Shown: positions 27,205 to 32,000 of the stretch, piece after piece
How positions within the stretch are numbered: position 1 is the first letter of the stretch
Layout: the number at the start of each line of letters is the position of its first letter
From: an uncultured archaeon
GTDB lineage: Archaea; Iainarchaeota; Iainarchaeia; Iainarchaeales; 0-14-0-20-30-16
Assembly: GCA_964565725.1 (NCBI GenBank)
Contig: CAZMGA010000002.1
Coordinates: 14,481 to 46,480, forward strand
Length of the DNA: 32,000 nt
Reading direction: 5' to 3'
Made by a program: the position numbers and the translations under genes
Notes under the pieces: generated by a model
What the model was told of the DNA's origin: nothing
What the model saw: only the letters and a program-made list of their open reading frames with translations
Databases searched by the model: none

Positions 27205-27432
27205 TTATAATCTTGGTTTTCTTCTAAAAAATTCTTTTATTTTTTGTATTCTTTGTTTTCTTTTTGCTTTGACTAAGTCTTTTTTTTGTTGTTTTTTGAG
27301 AATTTCTCTTTTTAGTGCATTTTTAAAATCTTCATTTGTTGCTCCTTCTGGTAATGTTATTGTAAAATCACCGTGGATTGTATGATAATTTGTAGTTATA
27401 AGCCTATTACTAATTTTTTTTAATTCTGCCAT
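27205..27432 (-). CDS. Small basic hypothetical protein (75 aa)
   Basis: Complete ORF preceded on its own strand by TGGTGATtttATG; convergent to trxB; no family recognised. Confidence 0.6.
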   Translation of the reverse strand: MAELKKISNRLITTNYHTIHGDFTITLPEGATNEDFKNALKREILKKQQKKDLVKAKRKQRIQKIKEFFRRKPRL

Positions 27433-27479
27433 AAAATCACCAATTAAATTAGATTGAAAGTATTTATATAGTTATTTTA

Positions 27480-27522
27480 ATTAAAAAAAATATAAATAAA
27501 AAAAAGAAAGGGAAAACCCTTT
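27480..27522 (-). terminator. Intrinsic-terminator-like hairpin plus T tract downstream of the small zinc protein
   Basis: Minus strand reads AAAGGG-TTTT-CCCTTT-C-TTTTTTTTATTTATATTTTTTTT; stem 27507-27512/27517-27522. Confidence 0.5.
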
Positions 27523-27546
27523 TAAAAATAATAAGTATTTAAGTAT

Positions 27547-27759
27547 TTAGTATTCTTCATCTTCATTATTTTCTTTACTATAGCTTTTTCCACCATTTTT
27601 CTTTTTAAAGTAGCATTCTTTACAATAAACTGGTAATCCTTCTTTTGGTTTGAAAGGAACTTCTGTTTCTTTTCCACATTCGCTACAAGTTGCTTTATAC
27701 ATTTGTCTTTGGTAATTTCCTCTGAAATTACTTCTATTATCGTCTCTATTATATGACAT
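27547..27759 (-). CDS. Small CxxC...CxxC zinc-binding protein (70 aa)
   Basis: MYKATCSECGKETEVPFKPKEGLPVYCKECYFKKK; minus-strand GGAG upstream of ATG. Confidence 0.78.
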   Translation of the reverse strand: MSYNRDDNRSNFRGNYQRQMYKATCSECGKETEVPFKPKEGLPVYCKECYFKKKNGGKSYSKENNEDEEY

Positions 27760-27781
27760 TTTTATTCATTCTCCTTTATAT

Positions 27782-27798
27782 TACTTGAATTTCAAGTA
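27782..27798. repeat. Inverted repeat TACTTGA-ATT-TCAAGTA
   Basis: Perfect 7-bp arms in the divergent intergenic region. Confidence 0.6.
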
Positions 27799-27811
27799 CT
27801 AAATAATCTAT

Positions 27812-27849
27812 ATCTAACTATATATAAATGTATGTGTTTTTAGTTAGAT
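27812..27849. promoter_or_regulatory. 9-bp inverted repeat flanking a TATA box (candidate operator/promoter)
   Basis: ATCTAACTA (27812-27820) and its exact reverse complement TAGTTAGAT (27841-27849) bracket TATATAAA (27821-27828). Confidence 0.5.
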
Positions 27850-27885
27850 TTATATTCTTTAATATTGTCTATTAATAGTGATTTT

Positions 27886-28464
27886 ATGTATGATATTAAG
27901 GATTATAGTTATTTAAAAGGAATAAAAGGAATATCTGATAAATTATTGGAAAACCATTTTATATTATATAAAGGATATGTTAATAATACTAATAAATTTT
28001 TGTCTACATTAAAACAAGCAGATAAATCTAGTTTAGAGTATTTTGAATTAATCAGAAGGTTTGCTTGGGAATTTAATGGCATGAGATTACATGAATTATA
28101 TTTTGAAAACTTATCTATAAATCCTATATCTTTTGATGAAAATTCTGATTTTGGTAAATTAATTATTAATCAATTTAGTTCTTTTGAAAATTTTGAAAAA
28201 GAATTTAAATCCTTAACAGCTATAAGAGGTATAGGTTGGGTTATACTAGTTTATGATCCTATGCAAAAAAAATTATTAAATATTTGGGTAAACGAACATA
28301 ATTCAGGATTATTAGTAGGTACTATTCCTTTATTAATTATTGATGTTTTTGAACATTCATATATGATTGATTATGGATTAAATAAAATGGAATATGTAAA
28401 TATAATATTTAAGTCTATTGATTGGAAAATAGTTGAAAAAAGATTTAAGGGTAATTATGAATAA
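27886..28464 (+). CDS. Fe/Mn superoxide dismutase family protein
   Basis: ENHFILYKGYVNNTN, WEFNGMRLHELYFENL, IDVFEHSYMIDYG; all four candidate metal ligands (H, H, D, H) present. Start ATG 27886 preceded by AGTGAT. Confidence 0.82.
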   Translation: MYDIKDYSYLKGIKGISDKLLENHFILYKGYVNNTNKFLSTLKQADKSSLEYFELIRRFAWEFNGMRLHELYFENLSINPISFDENSDFGKLIINQFSSFENFEKEFKSLTAIRGIGWVILVYDPMQKKLLNIWVNEHNSGLLVGTIPLLIIDVFEHSYMIDYGLNKMEYVNIIFKSIDWKIVEKRFKGNYE

Positions 28465-29071
28465 TATTTTAAAAGATATAACATCTTTACAAAAAACAAA
28501 TGTAAAAAAAATAATAGATACTAAAATAAAAGAATTTGAATCTTTTAAATTTAGTTCAAATGAATTGTTATTTCAAGAACTATGTTTTTGTTTGATGGCT
28601 GCAAATTTTAATGCTGAAAAATCTTTAAATATACAAAATATTTTGCAAAATAAATTAATGCTTTTATCAGAAGATAAATTAGCAAATAAATTAAAAGAAT
28701 TAGGTCATAGATTTCCAAATACTCGGGCAAAATATATTGTAGAAGCAAGAAAAAATATTGATAATTTAAATAATCTTTATAAAATTGATAATCCTAGAAA
28801 TTGGTTAGTTAAAAATATAAAAGGACTGGGTTTGAAAGAAGCAAGTCATTTTTTAAGAAATATAGGTATTTTTGATTACGCCATAGTAGATTTTCATATT
28901 GTTGATTTATTGGTTAAAAGTAATTTAATAATTAAACCAAAAACTATTACTCCTAAAATATATCTAAATGTAGAAAATATTTTAAGAAATATATCTAAAA
29001 AAATAAATTTAAGTTTAGGAGAATTAGATTTATATTTATGGTATATTGAAACTGGAAAAGTTATAAAATAA
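28457..29071 (+). CDS. 8-oxoguanine DNA glycosylase, archaeal Ogg2-like (HhH-GPD)
   Basis: LLFQELCFCLMAANFNAEKS, IKGLGLKEASHFLRNIGIFDYAIVDFHIVDLL (HhH with K and D); start ATG 28457. Confidence 0.85.
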   Translation: MNNILKDITSLQKTNVKKIIDTKIKEFESFKFSSNELLFQELCFCLMAANFNAEKSLNIQNILQNKLMLLSEDKLANKLKELGHRFPNTRAKYIVEARKNIDNLNNLYKIDNPRNWLVKNIKGLGLKEASHFLRNIGIFDYAIVDFHIVDLLVKSNLIIKPKTITPKIYLNVENILRNISKKINLSLGELDLYLWYIETGKVIK

Positions 29072-29163
29072 TTTTATTACTTTTAAAAATTAATATTAAT
29101 CTAATTTATTTATGTAATTAATAAAAAAAGTAAGGTTTATATTTTCTTTAATGTAATATAATT

Positions 29164-30006
29164 ATGATTTCTAAACCTTTAAGAAGAAAGGTATCTCAAA
29201 TAATTAGAAAAAATTTACGTAAAAATAGAGATACTATATTACCTTTATCATTTTTGATAGAAAAACATAGATCAAAAAATAGAACTTATAGAGATACTAG
29301 GGATCTAAAACAAATTAATAAAGAGTTTCATAATTTTGGTATTGTAGATTTTAATAAAATAGTAAATCGTGTGATGCGTTTAAATCCAAATAAAAAAATT
29401 AAATTTTTAGATGTGGGGGCAGGACAAGGTAAATTAGCACATGATTTAGAAAAATATAGAGATGCATCAAATAATCCTTTATTTGAATATCATGGCATAG
29501 ATTTAAAACCAAAAGAAATTAAATATAATGGAGAAAAAAAATTAATTTCTTCGTTAGATATTCAAAGAGAAAGATTGCAAAGAGAACAATTTAATATGGT
29601 TTTAGCAATGAATTCTTTTCAATATGTTGGAGATAAATTAAGAGCTTTAGAAAATATGATAAATTCTTTAAAAGTAAATGGAATTTTAATAATTTCTCCT
29701 TTAGGTCATATAAAAACGAGCAATAATAATATATTAAGTCAAGGAGCTTATTATAATTCAAATTATAATTATTACCATGAGTTATTTTCTTCTATTCCTA
29801 ATATAAAATATGTTTTAAGTAATAGTGGCGCTTTGATTATATTAAAAACAGGTTCAGGAGATGTTAATTTTAAATATGATTTTGTAGGAGCCTCAACTGT
29901 AAAAGAAAAACGCACATTATCTGATTTTAAAAATAATATTACTAATATAGGCACAGAATTAGTTGGAAAGTATGTTCCTAATTCAAATAGAAAATCTAAA
30001 TGGTAA
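29164..30006 (+). CDS. Class I SAM-dependent methyltransferase
   Basis: KIKFLDVGAGQGKLAHDLEKY (motif I), YHGIDLKP, FNMVLAMNSFQYV; substrate unknown. Confidence 0.75.
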   Translation: MISKPLRRKVSQIIRKNLRKNRDTILPLSFLIEKHRSKNRTYRDTRDLKQINKEFHNFGIVDFNKIVNRVMRLNPNKKIKFLDVGAGQGKLAHDLEKYRDASNNPLFEYHGIDLKPKEIKYNGEKKLISSLDIQRERLQREQFNMVLAMNSFQYVGDKLRALENMINSLKVNGILIISPLGHIKTSNNNILSQGAYYNSNYNYYHELFSSIPNIKYVLSNSGALIILKTGSGDVNFKYDFVGASTVKEKRTLSDFKNNITNIGTELVGKYVPNSNRKSKW

Positions 30007-30010
30007 AATT

Positions 30011-30169
30011 TTAACCCATATATTCTTTTTTACATTTATCTGAACAGAATCTTCTACCAAAAGGTCCTTCTGGGTTTTCTATTGGTTTTCCACAGTTCAT
30101 ACATTTAGGTATAATTTTTTCTTCTCTTGTTTTTAATATACTAGTTTTAACATTTTTTAATACATTCAT
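30011..30169 (-). CDS. Mini zinc-finger protein A (52 aa; absent from ORF track)
   Basis: MNVLKNVKTSILKTREEKIIPKCMNCGKPIENPEGPFGRRFCSDKCKKEYMG*; minus-strand GGTGG SD-like sequence upstream. Confidence 0.7.
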   Translation of the reverse strand: MNVLKNVKTSILKTREEKIIPKCMNCGKPIENPEGPFGRRFCSDKCKKEYMG

Positions 30170-30192
30170 TTTCCCACCATCCACCCTTTTAA

Positions 30193-30345
30193 TTATTTAA
30201 AATATGCTAATTTACAATCTTCACTACAAAATCTTTTTCCATAAGGTCCTTCTGGGTTTTCTATTTTTTTCCCACAATTTAAACATTTATATTCTATTTT
30301 TGGAACACTACTTCTTAAATTTCTTATTCCTAAAGTTATGTCCAT
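30193..30345 (-). CDS. Mini zinc-finger protein B (50 aa; absent from ORF track), paralogue of A
   Basis: MDITLGIRNLRSSVPKIEYKCLNCGKKIENPEGPYGKRFCSEDCKLAYFK*; minus-strand GGTGAGattATG. Confidence 0.72.
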   Translation of the reverse strand: MDITLGIRNLRSSVPKIEYKCLNCGKKIENPEGPYGKRFCSEDCKLAYFK

Positions 30346-30390
30346 AATCTCACCTTAATTATAATAAGTAAAATCAATTTAAATATATAT

Positions 30391-30783
30391 CTAATGAAGT
30401 TCGTTTTTTATTTTTTCTAATATTTTTATTAGTTTATTACTATCCATAGGTTTTGCTTTTTCTGTATTTAATTGATTACCTTGAGTTAATGGAACTAAAT
30501 GAATATGAATGTGAGGAACACTAAAACCTTCTATTATTAAACCTATTCTTTCTGCATTTGTTGCTTTTAATAATGATTTAGAAATTTTTTTAGCTTCTAA
30601 AAGTAAATCAGAATATTCTTTGTCTGATAAATCAAAAATGTAATCATTATGTAATTTTGGAATTAATAGGGTATGCCCTTCAGTTATTGGGTTAATATCT
30701 AAAAAACAAAAAAATTTATTATTTTCATAAATTTTATAACTTGGTATTTCCCCTTTTATAATTTTACAAAATATACAATCCAT
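30391..30783 (-). CDS. HIT family protein (nucleotide hydrolase/transferase)
   Basis: DCIFCKIIKGEIPSYKIYEN..., histidine triad HIHIHLVPL. Confidence 0.92.
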   Translation of the reverse strand: MDCIFCKIIKGEIPSYKIYENNKFFCFLDINPITEGHTLLIPKLHNDYIFDLSDKEYSDLLLEAKKISKSLLKATNAERIGLIIEGFSVPHIHIHLVPLTQGNQLNTEKAKPMDSNKLIKILEKIKNELH

Positions 30784-30787
30784 ATAA

Positions 30788-31195
30788 TCACTTTAAACGA
30801 ACCATATAAATTATACTTGAAATTAATAATGTTAATAAAATTATAATTGATATAATTATTGATGCATAGATATTGTATATAATCGCAAATACAAATGCAA
30901 ATAATGCTCCAAAAATAAGAATTAAAGCCATAATTTTAACCCATAATGGTTTTTTAACAAAAAATTTATTTTTTTTAACTTCTTGTTTTATTTTTTTTGA
31001 TTCTTTTTTATAATCTAATATTTTAGTTTCAGGAAACTCATTTGCAAAATAATTACAATCCTTGCATCTATATTGTCTTGTATAATAATCTGTGTAATAT
31101 GATATATTTTTACTACCACAATTTGGACATATTCTTATATATTCCTTATCCACTATAGACTCTTTGTTTTTTTTAGTCTTATTCTTTTTTATCAT
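30788..31195 (-). CDS. Zinc-ribbon membrane protein (hypothetical)
   Basis: RICPNCGSKNISYYTDYYTRQYRCKDCNYF followed by two hydrophobic segments; GGTGAT SD. Confidence 0.65.
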   Translation of the reverse strand: MIKKNKTKKNKESIVDKEYIRICPNCGSKNISYYTDYYTRQYRCKDCNYFANEFPETKILDYKKESKKIKQEVKKNKFFVKKPLWVKIMALILIFGALFAFVFAIIYNIYASIIISIIILLTLLISSIIYMVRLK

Positions 31196-31796
31196 TTAAT
31201 ATCACCATTTTCTTTTCCAATTCGTCAATATCTTTAAAATATATAGTTTTAAAACCTAATTTTTTTGCTGGTATTATATCTCTTTTCCTATTATTACTTA
31301 CAAAAATGATGTTTTTAGAAATTTCATCACTTAATTTAACCATGCTTTCAAAAGCTTTTATATCTGGTTTTAAAACATTCAAATCATAAGAATACAAAGG
31401 GTAATCTATATAATTTAATAATTTTGTTTCTTGTTTTAACAAATTAATTGTAAATATGCTCACATTAGATAATATCCCTATTTTAAAATTCTGTTTTTTT
31501 AAATTTTGTAATAATTTAATAATTTTAGGGTCTAAATTAATAGTAATTAGATTTTTGTTAGATATATTTGTAATTTTGTTAATTGTTTCTTCATTATTTG
31601 ATAAAAACACTTTGCTACATAATTCTTTAAACGCCTCATTTTTTGAATTCCAAGATTTAGTATAATAAATTTCTTCAAATTTTCTTTTAAAAACAGGAAA
31701 ATCTTCTATTTTAAACTCTTTTGCTAAAATTTTAATTAGATCTTTACCTTTTATTTTTATTAAGCTATTTAAATTAAAAAATATAATTTTATTCAT
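31179..31796 (-). CDS. HAD-fold protein with altered catalytic motif I
   Basis: MNKIIFFNLNSLI (vs IIFDLDGTL), IGILSNVS (motif II), VLKPD (motif III Lys), NIIFVSNNRKRDIIPAKKLG (motif IV region). Confidence 0.7.
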   Translation of the reverse strand: MNKIIFFNLNSLIKIKGKDLIKILAKEFKIEDFPVFKRKFEEIYYTKSWNSKNEAFKELCSKVFLSNNEETINKITNISNKNLITINLDPKIIKLLQNLKKQNFKIGILSNVSIFTINLLKQETKLLNYIDYPLYSYDLNVLKPDIKAFESMVKLSDEISKNIIFVSNNRKRDIIPAKKLGFKTIYFKDIDELEKKMVILNDKKE

Positions 31797-31917
31797 AGTA
31801 AAGTAAAATCCTAAAAGTTTAAATAATAATCACTTTTAAACAATTTTAACATAACATTTATAAATTATTAATTTATATTATAATAAAGTTTAAAGATATA
31901 TTAATGAAGGGATTTAT

Positions 31918-32000
31918 ATGTTAAATAAGTTATTTTATGGGTTTTTGTTTTTTTTATTATGCATTTTGATGTTATCTTCAAGTTATGCAAATGATTGTCG
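31918..32000 (+). CDS. N-terminus of a putative secreted/membrane protein (truncated by window end)
   Basis: MLNKLFYGFLFFLLCILMLSSSYANDC...: signal-peptide-like; AAGGG upstream. Confidence 0.6.
   Translation, partial: MLNKLFYGFLFFLLCILMLSSSYANDC

Noticed and set aside
26339-31665. Antisense ORFs 26339..26557 -, 29772..29954 -, 31456..31665 +
   Set aside because: Opposite trxB, the methyltransferase and the HAD-like gene respectively; no independent support.
31859-31877. Palindrome TATAAATTA-T-TAATTTATA in the HAD/secreted-protein divergent region
   Set aside because: Composed only of A/T in an extremely AT-rich gap, so expected by chance and by overlap with TATA elements; no further support.
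1-32000. CRISPR array, transposon, rRNA, retron/DGR or canonical defence system
   Set aside because: No regularly spaced repeats, transposase, reverse transcriptase, Cas or known defence genes seen; the PD-(D/E)XK nuclease alone is not sufficient.

Overview
AT-rich archaeal window, most like a DPANN-type genome (inferred from gene content and composition only; no database search). About three quarters of it (1-23.6 kb) is a compact ribosomal-protein, translation and transcription super-cluster, all on the + strand. Order: uL24 tail, eS4, uL5, uS14, uS8, uL6, eL32, eL19, uL18, uS5, uL30, uL15, SecY, EMC3-like DUF106, eL34, degenerate CMK-like protein, eL14, uS13, uS4, uS11, Rpo3, tRNA-Leu(TAA), eL18, uL13, uS9, Rpo10, enolase, uS2, IleRS, DUF1003, then L7Ae, eS28, eL24, aIF5B, eS6, aIF2-gamma, PIN, Rpo7, Spt4, eS24, eS27ae. 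From 23.6 to 32 kb is an accessory region: JAMM protein, Na+/Ca2+ exchanger, Fe-S PD-(D/E)XK nuclease, TrxB-like, small Zn proteins, SOD family protein, archaeal 8-oxoG glycosylase, methyltransferase, HIT, Zn-ribbon membrane protein, HAD-like protein. I found four small genes absent from the supplied ORF track (uS14, eL24 and two tandem paralogous mini zinc-finger ORFs). The best unusual signals are: a cytidylate-kinase-position protein with no Walker A motif; an aIF2-gamma whose four zinc-knuckle cysteines are all replaced; a HAD-fold protein with both motif-I aspartates changed to Asn; a 9-bp inverted repeat bracketing the TATA box upstream of the SOD gene; a three-way-junction-like structured element after eS27ae; and a near-universal GGTGAT-type Shine-Dalgarno that sometimes doubles as the upstream stop codon. 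I found no CRISPR array, mobile element or convincing new multi-gene defence system.
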